Below are positions 34,796-45,021 of a DNA stretch of 58,882 bases, piece by piece. The stretch is from Bacteroidota bacterium. Its GTDB lineage: Bacteria; Bacteroidota; Bacteroidia; Bacteroidales; FEN-979. Under the pieces are notes generated by a model that had not been told where the DNA came from, did not search any database, and saw only the letters and a program-made list of their open reading frames with translations. Both the position numbers and the translations under genes were made by a program. The stretch covers positions 1-58,882 of the forward strand of contig JBAXFZ010000001.1 in assembly GCA_037139685.1 (NCBI GenBank), in the 5' to 3' direction. Numbering within the stretch: the first letter of the stretch is position 1; every line of letters begins with the position of its first letter.

Positions 34796-36217
34796 TTATT
34801 CGGCAATATTATGGATCATCCCCCTGAAGATCAGCCAGTGAAAGGGGAGCATGGCCATCCAGTACAACCTTCCCCATATTCCATAGGGTCTGAAGGTGGC
34901 TGTCTGGTGAAGGATATTGAGATGATCGATGCTGAATTCGAGCCATGCCTCGCCGGGGAGCTTCATTTCGGCAAAGAGCAATAACCTTTTTTCTTCCTTG
35001 TCGGCGAGAATCACGCGCCAGAAATCAAGCGCATCCCCGGCTGCGATCTCCCCCTCGTTGGTTCTTCCCCTGCCAATCCCCACGCCGCCAATCAGCCTGT
35101 CCATAAAACCCCGTATATTCCACAATAAATCGGCAAAATACCAGCCGTTTTCGCCTCCGATCGACCAGATTTTATCTACTGCCCGCCCGGTATCCGCCAC
35201 TTTCCGCGTTTTGATATCCTTGTAGCAGCCATAAACGGGTACCTCTATAAACTGCGACAATCCCCTGGTGAGCTGCTGGCTCGTGAGGGCATCCTTCCAG
35301 CTTGAAAGCACCTGGTGCTGCTCGATCTTGTCGAATGCCAGCTCAATGGCTTTGTCGTAAGTGATCGGTGTAATCCCCAACATCTTCTCAAGGTCGTTGT
35401 CATGACACACCACCTCGACCTTCATGCTGTTCACCAGGTGGGTTGCAAGCGAGTATGAGATCGAAGTGACAAAAAAGAGCCAATAGGATGAGAGTTTGGG
35501 TGTCATGATCGGGAGAATCCTGATCCACCTGGGCAATCCCCTGATCCGTGCAAAACGCAGGAGCATCTCTTTGTACGTGAGCACTTCGGGACCCCCTATA
35601 TCGAAACTGCGGTTGTAGGTTTCAGGCATAAGCATGACCCTTGACAGGAATTCAATCACATTGCGGATGGCAATGGGCTGGCATCTTGTATTCAGCCATC
35701 GCGGAGCGATCATCACGGGTAATTTCTCCACCAGGTCACGGATGATCTCGAAGGAGGCACTGCCCGACCCTACGATAATCCCGGCCCTCAGGGTGGTCAG
35801 CGGATAGGAGGCGGAGGCCAGGATATCCTCCACGTTTTTCCGGGAAGAGAGGTGTTTGGAGAGCTCCTTTTCGTTGACAATCCCGCTGAGGTAGATTACC
35901 TGCCTGACCCTGGTTTGTTCCATCCTCTGTTTGAAATTGCCTGCTGATATCGCCTCCATTTCCTCAAATTTCCCCTGCTTCGTGGTCATGGAGTGGATCA
36001 GGTAAAACGCAACATCAATATCGGCCGGGATCCTAGAGAGTTCGTCGCTCCTGAGAAAGTCCACCTCAACCACGCTTAACCTGTCACTCTTGAACCGGGA
36101 ACGATCAAACCTGTTGGTATCTCTTACGCAACAGACAACCTCATGACCGTTTTCGAGTAAAACAGGCAGCAGCCTTTTGGCAATATACCCGGTAGCGCCT
36201 GTCAGCAGGATCTTCAT
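34796..36217 (-). CDS. NAD(P)H-binding SDR fused to DUF2867-like C-terminal domain
   Basis: The N-terminus is MKILLTGATGYIAKRLLPVLLENGHEV. The C-terminal part contains DFWRVILADKEEKRLLLFAEMKLPGEAWLEF. Confidence 0.78.
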   Translation of the reverse strand: MKILLTGATGYIAKRLLPVLLENGHEVVCCVRDTNRFDRSRFKSDRLSVVEVDFLRSDELSRIPADIDVAFYLIHSMTTKQGKFEEMEAISAGNFKQRMEQTRVRQVIYLSGIVNEKELSKHLSSRKNVEDILASASYPLTTLRAGIIVGSGSASFEIIRDLVEKLPVMIAPRWLNTRCQPIAIRNVIEFLSRVMLMPETYNRSFDIGGPEVLTYKEMLLRFARIRGLPRWIRILPIMTPKLSSYWLFFVTSISYSLATHLVNSMKVEVVCHDNDLEKMLGITPITYDKAIELAFDKIEQHQVLSSWKDALTSQQLTRGLSQFIEVPVYGCYKDIKTRKVADTGRAVDKIWSIGGENGWYFADLLWNIRGFMDRLIGGVGIGRGRTNEGEIAAGDALDFWRVILADKEEKRLLLFAEMKLPGEAWLEFSIDHLNILHQTATFRPYGIWGRLYWMAMLPFHWLIFRGMIHNIAE

Positions 36218-36362
36218 GGTTTCAGGTTAATTAATGGTTCAGCAAAGATAACTCATCCCCCGGACATCCATGCATCCGGCCGGCCCGGACATAACCCTCC
36301 AGCCTGGGGGGGGTCAGTCACCACGCTCAGAACCTGCAGCCTGGCAGGCTGCTGACACCCGG

Positions 36363-36905
36363 TCAGGGGATTAGCACGGAATAAATAAGTTCATCCAGGT
36401 AATGGCCGTTTTTAAAGATCGATTTTTCGAGCCTGGCCTCCAGTTTCATACCTGCTTTTTCGAGCACCCGCTGCGATGCAAGGTTGGATGAAAACGGGCG
36501 GGCAAAAATCCTGTTAATGTCAAAGTTTTTAAAACCGAACGCTATGGTTTGCCTGGCAGCCTCCGTAACGATTCCCCTCCCCCAGTATTCCTCGGCCAGC
36601 CAATAACCCATTTCGGCATTTTTCACGTGTACATCCGTTTGCGGGAAGATTCCTATCGCGCCGCAGGCGACACCATCAACATCAATGGCGAACACCCTGC
36701 CGGGAGGGAAGATTCCGTCGGGGAGGGAGACGCCCTCGGGGTGGATGGAGGAGATAAAACCGATGCCGTCTTCCCGGGTATAGGGATGCGGGAAAGCGTT
36801 GGTGAGGTTGTCGGCAATCTTTTTGTTGTTGGCAAACCTTACAAGATTGTCAAGGTCATCCATGTTCCAGGAACGGAGTGTGAAATTAACTTTTTGCCTC
36901 TCCAT
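36363..36905 (-). CDS. GNAT family N-acetyltransferase (RimJ/RimL-like)
   Basis: Contains GYWLAEEYWGRGIVTEAARQTIAFGF and ARPFSSNLASQRVLEKAGMKLE. Confidence 0.8.
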   Translation of the reverse strand: MERQKVNFTLRSWNMDDLDNLVRFANNKKIADNLTNAFPHPYTREDGIGFISSIHPEGVSLPDGIFPPGRVFAIDVDGVACGAIGIFPQTDVHVKNAEMGYWLAEEYWGRGIVTEAARQTIAFGFKNFDINRIFARPFSSNLASQRVLEKAGMKLEARLEKSIFKNGHYLDELIYSVLIP

Positions 36906-36923
36906 CTTTGCAGGTCATCAGGT

Positions 36924-37271
36924 TTATGTTGATTTTTTTTTGCTTGACTTTGCCACTGGATTATACTCCAGGGCCAGCCTGATGAAATATTCAAGGTCGC
37001 GATCCAGGTCAATGCCCTCGGGCTCCACGAAGATGAACCCCTTCATGGGTTTATGGGTGAAATCCATCTCACGGCACCCCTTTCTTGAGAAAGCTTCACC
37101 GGTTTTTACCGGGTCGATCCGGGCCATCATCTGGTCCCTTACCACGCCAACGCACATTTTATCGTTCACCAGGAAACAGATGCCTCCCATCATTTTTTTG
37201 TCCTCAAAAGAGATGTTCAACTCTTTAAACTTATGCCGGATCCGGTCGGCAAGAAATTCATCGTAGGCCAT
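36924..37271 (-). CDS. TfoX/Sxy N-terminal domain family protein
   Basis: The N-terminus is MAYDEFLADRIRHKFKELNISFEDKKMMGGICFLVNDKMCVGVV, a TfoX_N-type pattern. 115 aa. Confidence 0.68.
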   Translation of the reverse strand: MAYDEFLADRIRHKFKELNISFEDKKMMGGICFLVNDKMCVGVVRDQMMARIDPVKTGEAFSRKGCREMDFTHKPMKGFIFVEPEGIDLDRDLEYFIRLALEYNPVAKSSKKKST

Positions 37272-37446
37272 AATCAGGATGTTACAGAATTCAAAAGTAC
37301 AAATAGTTCATATGATAATATTTATTTTTTCGGGGTCATCTGGAATATCCGTAAATTATCATTCACGGTTTGCATGAACGCAGTTCTTATGGTTATTTCA
37401 TAAAATAATACTGTTTTATATTAACTTCGTATTCAAATTCCGCCCG

Positions 37447-38859
37447 ATGAAAAGACTTATTACCCGCCGGCAGGCAATCAAGACCCTGGGCCTTACAATT
37501 GGAGCTGCAACCATTGGCATCAAGGGGTTTTCACAGGTTGACGACAATTCGGTCGAATATGACCTCAACTATAGTGATGTATACAAGCCCATAGATAACC
37601 CGCTGAAACGGCCCATTACCGCCATTACCTGCGGTGCCGGCAACAGGGGGAATGTATACGGCGACTATTCAGTCGCGTTTCCTGACCAGATTACAATTAT
37701 CGGTGTTGCCGAACCCATCCCCATCAGGAACGACCGGTATGCGGTGTTGCATAAAATCCCGGATTCAAACCGGTTTAAAACATGGGAAGATGTGTTTTCG
37801 AGGCCGAAATTCGCCGATGTGATCATCATTACAATGCCCGACAATCTTCATTATGAACCCTGTCTCAGGGCGATGGAGATGGGTTACGACGTGCTTCTCG
37901 AAAAACCGATGGCCCAGACGGCCCGGCAATGCCGCGATATCCTGGCCATGACCCGCAAAACGGGCCGTATAGTGGCCGTTTGCCATGTCCTGCGGTATTC
38001 CCCCTATTTCATCAAGATGAAGCAGCTCATCGAAGAGGGGGCCATTGGAGACCCCGTCAGTTTCCAGCATATGGAGCCCATTCACCACATCCATATGTCC
38101 CATTCCTATGTGCGCGGGAACTGGCACGATTCGAAAGCCACCACCCCCATCATCCTTGCCAAGAGCTGCCATGATCTTGACATACTCCGCTGGATGATAG
38201 GCAAAAGCTGCAAAAGCATCACAGCCATGGGCGACCTGAAGTGGTTCAGAAAAGAAAATGCACCGGCGGGGAGCACTGCCCGCTGCATGGATGGCTGCGC
38301 GGTTGAGGCAACGTGTCCCTATTCGGCCATGCGGATTTATTACAGGGAACGCGGATGGCTCTATGTCTTTGACCTTCCCGAAGAAAAGGAAAAGCAGGGG
38401 GATGCCATTCTCGGTTACCTTCGCTCGACAAACTATGGCCGCTGTGTTTACCGGATGGAGAACGACCAGCCCGACCATTACATTACCTCGATCAGGTTCG
38501 ACGGCAACATAACCGCCAGCTTCTCCATGGAGGCTTTTACCTCGTACGGCGGTCGCCGCACGCGCGTCATGGGTTCGATGGGTGATATAGTCGGCGACAT
38601 GGAGGAGATGACGGTAACCGATTTCAGGACACAAAAGAGTGTCAAGCTTGTTCCAAAAGTTGAGGATGTGGAATATTTCAAAAACAGCGGCCATGGCGGG
38701 GGCGACTGGCTGCTTATGCGTGACTTTGTCATGGCTGTAGCCAACCAGGATCCGAAACGGCTCACATCAACCATCGACCAGTCGATCGAAAGTCACCTGA
38801 TGGGTTTTGCGGCGGAGGAGAGCCGGCTGACCGACAGTTTTGTGCAGGTCAAACTGTAG
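37447..38859 (+). CDS. Gfo/Idh/MocA family oxidoreductase with twin-arginine signal
   Basis: It has a Tat-type signal RRQAIKTLGLTIGAATIG, a Rossmann motif CGAGNRGNVYG and the segment LEKPMA. 470 aa. Confidence 0.83.
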   Translation: MKRLITRRQAIKTLGLTIGAATIGIKGFSQVDDNSVEYDLNYSDVYKPIDNPLKRPITAITCGAGNRGNVYGDYSVAFPDQITIIGVAEPIPIRNDRYAVLHKIPDSNRFKTWEDVFSRPKFADVIIITMPDNLHYEPCLRAMEMGYDVLLEKPMAQTARQCRDILAMTRKTGRIVAVCHVLRYSPYFIKMKQLIEEGAIGDPVSFQHMEPIHHIHMSHSYVRGNWHDSKATTPIILAKSCHDLDILRWMIGKSCKSITAMGDLKWFRKENAPAGSTARCMDGCAVEATCPYSAMRIYYRERGWLYVFDLPEEKEKQGDAILGYLRSTNYGRCVYRMENDQPDHYITSIRFDGNITASFSMEAFTSYGGRRTRVMGSMGDIVGDMEEMTVTDFRTQKSVKLVPKVEDVEYFKNSGHGGGDWLLMRDFVMAVANQDPKRLTSTIDQSIESHLMGFAAEESRLTDSFVQVKL

Positions 38860-38957
38860 TGAAACCTGCCGCAAACCAGGCATGTCCCTGATCGGAGTAA
38901 GAAAAATTGAGCCCTGCTGAAATAATTCTGCAGGGGAGAAGCTAATAAAACAAAAGT

Positions 38958-39791
38958 ATGAACTGGAAGAAAATCATCCTGGTTCTTGTGATCATCCTGG
39001 TGGTGATTGCCGGGTCCGCTGCCATCGTTTTTTACCCGGTTTACCGGTTTATGTTCCACGAATCGACCCGGCAGGCTGATAAAGAGCTGACCATCGTCCA
39101 GGGTGGCGGGGGTAACAGCGGGCTGCTGGTTGCCGACAGCGCCGTGGTTGTGATCGACACCAAGATGAGCGGGGCGGCGGAAAACCTTTATAATCTGGCA
39201 AAATCAAAAGCCGGGACCAGAAAGATCATCGTGGTTAACACCCACTCTCATGGCGACCATGTGAAGGGAAACAGGTTTTATAAGGGTTGCGATATCTATA
39301 TAGGGGCTTATGACCGGAAATTCCTCCTGGAGGATATGGGTCCCGAAAACATGCCCAACCACTTTGTAAATGACAGCCTGGTAATAAACCTCGGAAACGA
39401 AATCCTGTGCATGTACAACCTTGGGCAGGGACATACAATGAACGACATGGTCGTCCTGCTGAAAACCAGGGGGGTTCTTTTTACAGGCGACCTGGTCTTT
39501 CACAAGATAAATCCCTTTCTGAAAAAGGAAAGCGGCGCAAATGTCGACAAATGGATCGGGGCCCTCGACCGGATGCTCAGGTTCCCAGGCCTGGTCATGG
39601 TTGTTCCCGGCCACGGCCAGACCGGCGACAGGACGATGATCGAATCGATGAAATCCTACTTCCTCGATATGAAAGCCGCTGCTGCGGATCCATCCAGGGA
39701 AAAGGAGATGACGGATAAATACAGGGACTGGACTGAACTGCCCATGATGACCTCACCCGGGGCAACGATCGAATACATCCGTAAAAGATAA
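38958..39791 (+). CDS. MBL-fold metallo-hydrolase with N-terminal membrane anchor
   Basis: Contains the HSHGDH (HxHxDH) motif and a downstream PGHG. It has an N-terminal TM segment. Confidence 0.8.
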   Translation: MNWKKIILVLVIILVVIAGSAAIVFYPVYRFMFHESTRQADKELTIVQGGGGNSGLLVADSAVVVIDTKMSGAAENLYNLAKSKAGTRKIIVVNTHSHGDHVKGNRFYKGCDIYIGAYDRKFLLEDMGPENMPNHFVNDSLVINLGNEILCMYNLGQGHTMNDMVVLLKTRGVLFTGDLVFHKINPFLKKESGANVDKWIGALDRMLRFPGLVMVVPGHGQTGDRTMIESMKSYFLDMKAAAADPSREKEMTDKYRDWTELPMMTSPGATIEYIRKR

Positions 39792-39792
39792 T

Positions 39793-40227
39793 TCATACCC
39801 GGTCATCGTTTGCTGCAGGAGGTTCCGGCTGTCCGCCAAGCAACTCTTTCTTTGCCTTTGACGCCACGGCCGAGAAGATGAAGCCCAGCATGCTGAGGTA
39901 GGAGCCCGATTTCAGTTCAATAGCATTGGAAATCCCGAATTCGTCTCCGGAACTCATTTTGCCTTTTGCTATCAGATAGGCGATGGCCAGAGAAACAATC
40001 CCTCCGGCCGAAGCAAAAAAGACAAGAACTTTATTGGGGACAAAGATCACGGCTATTGCACACAGCATGGCGATTATAACAAACATCTTTACTCCCGTGC
40101 CGATACTATCCTGCCTGATAACATCAAACCCGCTGATTGTCAATGTACCGCAACCGATCACCGGGAAAAAGAGAAAACAAACCAAAGCCATCAGCCCTGC
40201 CAGTTTAATAATATGCACGTTTTTCAT
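39793..40227 (-). CDS. hypothetical membrane protein (4 TM)
   Basis: 144-aa hydrophobic ORF with an ATG start. It converges on the MBL gene with a 1-nt gap. Confidence 0.55.
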   Translation of the reverse strand: MKNVHIIKLAGLMALVCFLFFPVIGCGTLTISGFDVIRQDSIGTGVKMFVIIAMLCAIAVIFVPNKVLVFFASAGGIVSLAIAYLIAKGKMSSGDEFGISNAIELKSGSYLSMLGFIFSAVASKAKKELLGGQPEPPAANDDRV

Positions 40228-40407
40228 CGTTGATTTATAGAACTTGTGTAAATTCCGGATGCTCGCATTCTTTTGTAAAAATAAGGGAAATATAAAATTT
40301 AAATGTTTTGATTGTCAGCCAATTACCGTTGGGTAATAATTTGAAATAATCCCGGTGTTTTGATACAGCATTCCGTTTCCGGAAATGTTGATTGAAGAAT
40401 AGAAAAA

Positions 40408-40434
40408 GGCCGGTCAGCTTTTTGCTGACCGGCC
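40408..40434 (-). terminator. intrinsic terminator after the five-gene cluster
   Basis: The minus strand reads GGCCGGTCAGC-AAAAA-GCTGACCGGCC followed by TTTTT. Confidence 0.7.
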
Positions 40435-40491
40435 TTGAATTTTGTTCATCTTGCCCGGGTTTTCACCCGGACCGGCACGGTTGAATAAACC

Positions 40492-41451
40492 CTACCATAA
40501 ACTTTTATAGGTAATGTTTTTTGGCTGGCCATTGCCCCAGGCAACACCGATATCGCGGTAAGCCTTGATCCTGTCCTTTTCGAGCCCTATCTCCTTCTGC
40601 AGCCTGAAATCCCATTCGCGTTTATCAATTTCCTTGACCCGCGCGCCGATCTTCGCCACCAGCGATTTGGCACTTTCATAACAGGATGCGGTGGGATCGA
40701 TGGATGAAAGGAGGTTCCCTGCCGCGGCAGCTGCAGCATAATCCTGGCCTGCATTCCACACATTGTTTGCCTCTGCCATCTTAACCTTGCAGTCAAACTC
40801 TATCTTCTTTTTAAAGATGGGAGCCACTGCATTCAGGCATTTGTTATAGCAATCGACGCACACATCGGGGACCGATGTCAGGTTATAGATGGCTGCATCG
40901 TACTGGTTCTGGCTTTCAAGCGCTTTTGCCTTTTGAATGATAAAATCGCACTGGGTATTGTAGTATTCGACAATTTTATACTTGCCCTTATCAATCAATG
41001 TCTGGAATGCCGGGTCGTTCACCTTGATGTTTTTTATGGCTGCGATATAGGCCTTTGTTTCACTCACATCCACACCTTTTGCGGTGGTGGTGTAACTTGC
41101 AAAGCTTTTCCCCTCGTAACCGTCGCCGACGTAAAAGGAAACGCTTAGGGTAAGAACGATCATGGCCGGGGCCGTGGCGGTTATATCCTTCGTGAGCACA
41201 TCGATTTTCGCGGAGATGATGAACCTCGGATCCATCGGGTTTCCCCCGACACCGTTCTGGGTCGTGATCTGGCTGAGCTTCGACACCAGCATGTTTTTGG
41301 CAATCGGCGGTAAATTCTCAGCCTGGTCGGGGACAAAACTGGTCAGCGCAATCCTGCCGATATCGTCACTTTTTCCGGCTGTGTTCTGGGCCTGCGTAAA
41401 GCAGAAGCTGACAGCCATGACTAACAGTAATAAATATCTGTATCTTTTCAT
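40492..41451 (-). CDS. hypothetical secreted protein E (last gene of five-gene cluster)
   Basis: The signal peptide is MKRYRYLLLLVMAVSFCFTQAQ; an alternative ATG lies at 41469. The C-terminal half is Cys-containing and helical. An intrinsic terminator follows at 40408-40434. Confidence 0.65.
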   Translation of the reverse strand: MKRYRYLLLLVMAVSFCFTQAQNTAGKSDDIGRIALTSFVPDQAENLPPIAKNMLVSKLSQITTQNGVGGNPMDPRFIISAKIDVLTKDITATAPAMIVLTLSVSFYVGDGYEGKSFASYTTTAKGVDVSETKAYIAAIKNIKVNDPAFQTLIDKGKYKIVEYYNTQCDFIIQKAKALESQNQYDAAIYNLTSVPDVCVDCYNKCLNAVAPIFKKKIEFDCKVKMAEANNVWNAGQDYAAAAAAGNLLSSIDPTASCYESAKSLVAKIGARVKEIDKREWDFRLQKEIGLEKDRIKAYRDIGVAWGNGQPKNITYKSLW

Positions 41452-41472
41452 CTTATGATAATTTAGCATGAG

Positions 41473-42438
41473 TTATTTATCGCCAAGAACAATGCTTGCC
41501 TGTCCCTGCCCCTTGGTCATCAACTTGTTGACAATGTTGAACGGAGGATTTTTCAAATAGTTCTGCAGTCCCCTGCAAAATCCCTTTGCATCGAGGGCCT
41601 TGCCGCTATCATCAAATGGGGGCATGCGGACCTGTTCAAACACCATCATGTTCTCAGTTGCATCGGAGGCGCTGAACTTGCCATTGACTGCGTTTTTTGA
41701 CACCCATTCTTCGATATAGACGTTTAGCTCCTTGCCATCATATTCGGTTTCAAGGTCTTTATCCCAGGAGTCGAATTTTTTTATCCTGATGGTGATATTC
41801 CGGCCATTTGCAAACATGTCGTCAAAAAAGGCCTGGAGTGAGTTGTTGAAATTATCGATATGGGCAAGCACCGCCTCCTCCAGTAAAACGGGCAATTCTG
41901 CCGAAAAGGAGGGGGCGCCGGTTCCGACAGCGGTTGCGATCTGAACATCGGTGTAGGAGTCGAGCCCCTGCATGTTGAAGCTGATCGACTTTTTTGGTCC
42001 CGTGGGATTGATCGTCCAGCCTATCTGGATGATAATATCCGCCTTGGCAGTCTTTTTCAGTTTATCGATCGGGCTCTCGCTTACCCCCGCACCTGACGAT
42101 TTGCTTGTAAGCAATGCATCCTCGGCGCTTTCACCTGCAAGAGACTTTAATGCAGATTCTGCATTTTTCAGAGGGAAGCCCCGGTCGGCCATCAACCCGT
42201 TTATCTTGCTGATGACAAGGTTCAGGTCCGAGCTTTCAAGGAAGGCTCTTTTATAATCGGAAATTGTCGTCTTGGTCCCCTGGTTGTCATAATCGGTGGT
42301 AAACCCGTTTATTTTGCACCAGTTGTCACTGGGCAAAACCATGATGGTCGGCTTTTTCGGCTTGGCCTGCGAAAAGGCCAGTCCGCACATCAATAACAGA
42401 AAGGCAGATGTTAAAGAAAGTCTGTAGATCGTTTTCAT
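41473..42438 (-). CDS. hypothetical secreted protein D
   Basis: The signal peptide is MKTIYRLSLTSAFLLLMCGLAFSQA; an alternative ATG lies at 42456. It is followed by KPKKPTIMVLPSDNW. Confidence 0.65.
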   Translation of the reverse strand: MKTIYRLSLTSAFLLLMCGLAFSQAKPKKPTIMVLPSDNWCKINGFTTDYDNQGTKTTISDYKRAFLESSDLNLVISKINGLMADRGFPLKNAESALKSLAGESAEDALLTSKSSGAGVSESPIDKLKKTAKADIIIQIGWTINPTGPKKSISFNMQGLDSYTDVQIATAVGTGAPSFSAELPVLLEEAVLAHIDNFNNSLQAFFDDMFANGRNITIRIKKFDSWDKDLETEYDGKELNVYIEEWVSKNAVNGKFSASDATENMMVFEQVRMPPFDDSGKALDAKGFCRGLQNYLKNPPFNIVNKLMTKGQGQASIVLGDK

Positions 42439-42467
42439 AAAGTTTCGTTTATACATGGTTGTTTTTA

Positions 42468-42941
42468 TTATTTCACAAGGCCTGCGGTTTTCATTTCGGT
42501 AACAAGATCCTGGCGAAGGACCCTGACAACAAGACCGTACAGTTTCTGGGCTCCGACCTGTTTCCGTTCGTGGTACCTGATATGGTCGTCGTCGAAAACA
42601 AATTTCTGGTAGGGACCTCCGTCGGCAAAAAACTTGTTGAAATACTCTTCATGTGTTTGCTGGGCATTCACCTCGAAAATTACCGGTCTCATGTTGCAAT
42701 CCGACTTGCCGCTGCTGATACCGGTAAACAGAACATCCCTTACTGCATTTTTCTTTGCCTGTTCGATGGCCTCCGTCCTGTTGCGGCCCTTACCCCAGGC
42801 TTTCAGGGTTTGCGACCCGTCGAGTTTAACACCCAGGCATTCGGTTTTATAATTATAATCGAGTCGTCGTGGCGGTGTACAGCTGTAGATTAAAAACAGG
42901 CTGAAAACCAATGTTGCCAGAATTACACGTTGCGTTTTCAT
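42468..42941 (-). CDS. hypothetical lipoprotein C (paralogue of B)
   Basis: The N-terminus is MKTQRVILATLVFSLFLIYSC. It shares EQAKKNAV and FFADGGPYQKFV with the upstream gene. Confidence 0.65.
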   Translation of the reverse strand: MKTQRVILATLVFSLFLIYSCTPPRRLDYNYKTECLGVKLDGSQTLKAWGKGRNRTEAIEQAKKNAVRDVLFTGISSGKSDCNMRPVIFEVNAQQTHEEYFNKFFADGGPYQKFVFDDDHIRYHERKQVGAQKLYGLVVRVLRQDLVTEMKTAGLVK

Positions 42942-42959
42942 CTTCTTTGAATTAATTAG

Positions 42960-43481
42960 TTAGAATCCTGAGCCTAATGATTTAATAATCCCGGCGTTTT
43001 CCAAATCCTTGCGAAGATTGTCTTTTAACACGGTAACGATCACGCCGACTTTGTACTCTTTGCCGATTTTCTGCCGGTCCTCCGCCCTTACGGAGCCATC
43101 CCCTGACAGACTGACAAACTTCATATACTTGCCGTTATCAGCAAAAAAATCCTTGAAAAATTCCTCTTTTTCCACTTCGATATTCGGGTTATTCGTCAAC
43201 GGAGACTGGGTGCATCCGGCACCATGCCCTGAAAATCCCTTGAAAATGATACCATGAACAGCATTCTTTTTGGCCTGTTCCATGGCAATGGCAGGCTTTT
43301 TGGAATAGGACCACACTTTAATCAGGTAGCTTCCCTGTGCTCCGGTACTTACACATTCGATTTCATACCGCCAGGCCTCCGTATCCTTGTTTGCTTTTTT
43401 CTGGGCCTGTCCAAGCACAGAAACCGAGGCCGTCAGTATCAATAAAAGGAAAAGGTTTCCTTTGTTTAAAAATGTCTTCAT
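42960..43481 (-). CDS. hypothetical secreted protein B (paralogue of C)
   Basis: It has a signal peptide. It contains AMEQAKKNAVHGIIFKGF and FFADNGKYMKFV, matching the downstream 157-aa protein. Confidence 0.65.
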   Translation of the reverse strand: MKTFLNKGNLFLLLILTASVSVLGQAQKKANKDTEAWRYEIECVSTGAQGSYLIKVWSYSKKPAIAMEQAKKNAVHGIIFKGFSGHGAGCTQSPLTNNPNIEVEKEEFFKDFFADNGKYMKFVSLSGDGSVRAEDRQKIGKEYKVGVIVTVLKDNLRKDLENAGIIKSLGSGF

Positions 43482-43594
43482 CGTCTGAATTTTAGTGAAT
43501 TAATTAATTTTTTATCTTCTGCTTTATTTTATGGCATTCAAAGATAGAACAAACATTTAATTTTTCATACACAGATGTGCCATTAAGATTCAGC

Positions 43595-43667
43595 AAAAAA
43601 AAATCCCCGGCAAAAACGATGTCAGCGAGGCAGTTTGGTTTGCCAGGATTAACGATTTTTGCCGGGG
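43595..43667 (-). terminator. long-loop hairpin plus U9 tract between cluster genes A and B
   Basis: A 12-bp stem pairs CCCCGGCAAAAA with TTTTTGCCGGGG around a ~37-nt loop that has internal GGCA/TGCC pairing. On the minus strand it is followed by A + T9. Confidence 0.45.
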
Positions 43668-43677
43668 AAATCCATGA

Positions 43678-45021
43678 TTATTTTATCTGCCTGATCAACA
43701 TTCCTGCATAATAATCTTTTCCTCCGGTAAAGTAGGTCCGATCAAGGGGCGCTCCATCCGGGCCGACGGCTTTGCTGTCAGCTTTTTGCTCAAGTCCGGC
43801 TGTGTAACGGTTATCCCAGATCCTGTTCTTCTCAACCTTGATTTTTCCTTTGGAAACATAGGTTGTCTTACCTGTTTTTTCATCGATGGTCTGTTCAAGA
43901 ACTTCAAATTTATCTCCGGCTTCAAGATCCTCTTTCAGACCGATTTTGGCGGTAATAGGAAATCCGGTAAAAAGCGGGGTCTTCGTCTTGAAAACCTCGT
44001 ATTTTTTCTGAAGTTTTGCAATAACAGCGTCAACAGCGTTGATCGTGGCCTTCCTGACCAGGTCGTCCTCGCTTTTGTTGCTGAATACGGAGGACTGTAC
44101 ATCAGCCCAGGCAGTTTCGGAACCAATAAACTTCAATGTGAACAGGTTTGTCTGGTCATAGGCATCCTTTTTCTTCATGTCGGGATTGCTGTTATCGATC
44201 CACAGATTCTGATAAAACACAGCTGCAACAGAATCATTCCATACAAGCTGGTAAAGGTATGAGGTGGTTCTGACCACATAACCCTTGGCTGCCATTTCTA
44301 CACCTGCGCTTGCAACATCGGTGGCCAGCTTTACGTATCCGCCAAACATGCCGCCGACGGCTCCCATTACTTTATTCGCCGCCTGGCCGATCTCAGCCTT
44401 GTTCACATAATTCAGCCTGTTCACGACAACAAAGGTGTTCCCGATCAGCTCTTCCCCGGCATCGGAGATTGAGGCCAGTCCCCTGGCCGAACTTTTGGCA
44501 ATGTTGGCCTCCATCTCAGAGGCGTTGTATGAACCACGGTCGCCGATGAGTTTCATGTCAAATGTGCCGGTTGCACTGCGGTTGAACCATTTCGAAACAA
44601 GATCCCTGGCAATATGCTCCTTTACAAAGTATTTATCAATGATCATGGGAAGGTACCGGGTATTGGTGGTGTCAACAAGTCCTCCGGTTGCATTGGAGGC
44701 TATACCCGACATCGATTTTCCAAAACCGCTCTGAGCTTTGACAGTGCTTTTCTCAGCATCGGTCAGCGGGTAGTTTTTTGGCTGAAACGATCGTCCCGGC
44801 AGGGAATGATCATTGTATTTGTCGGGCAGCGGCCCCTTGAAAAAGGCGTCCTTGATCAGGTCAGCCTTTATGAGTCCGGCATCTTCAATGATGATCATGT
44901 GCAATGAACTTCTCCGGTATTTTACCTCCTGGGCCTTGCCATCATTCTTTGTTTGTGCGTTGGCGCTGCTAATAATCCCCCAACAAATCATTACCATTAA
45001 AAGTGTAAATGTCCTTTTCAT
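43678..45021 (-). CDS. hypothetical secreted protein A (447 aa)
   Basis: I prefer ATG 45021, which gives MKRTFTLLMVMICWGIISSANAQ. I recognise no family. Confidence 0.65.
   Translation of the reverse strand: MKRTFTLLMVMICWGIISSANAQTKNDGKAQEVKYRRSSLHMIIIEDAGLIKADLIKDAFFKGPLPDKYNDHSLPGRSFQPKNYPLTDAEKSTVKAQSGFGKSMSGIASNATGGLVDTTNTRYLPMIIDKYFVKEHIARDLVSKWFNRSATGTFDMKLIGDRGSYNASEMEANIAKSSARGLASISDAGEELIGNTFVVVNRLNYVNKAEIGQAANKVMGAVGGMFGGYVKLATDVASAGVEMAAKGYVVRTTSYLYQLVWNDSVAAVFYQNLWIDNSNPDMKKKDAYDQTNLFTLKFIGSETAWADVQSSVFSNKSEDDLVRKATINAVDAVIAKLQKKYEVFKTKTPLFTGFPITAKIGLKEDLEAGDKFEVLEQTIDEKTGKTTYVSKGKIKVEKNRIWDNRYTAGLEQKADSKAVGPDGAPLDRTYFTGGKDYYAGMLIRQIK

Noticed and set aside
36336-36352. A hairpin GCAGCCT-GGC-AGGCTGC lies just after the GNAT gene stop and could be a terminator.
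   Set aside because: No U-tract follows it on the minus strand and the loop is only 3 nt, so the evidence is too weak to annotate.
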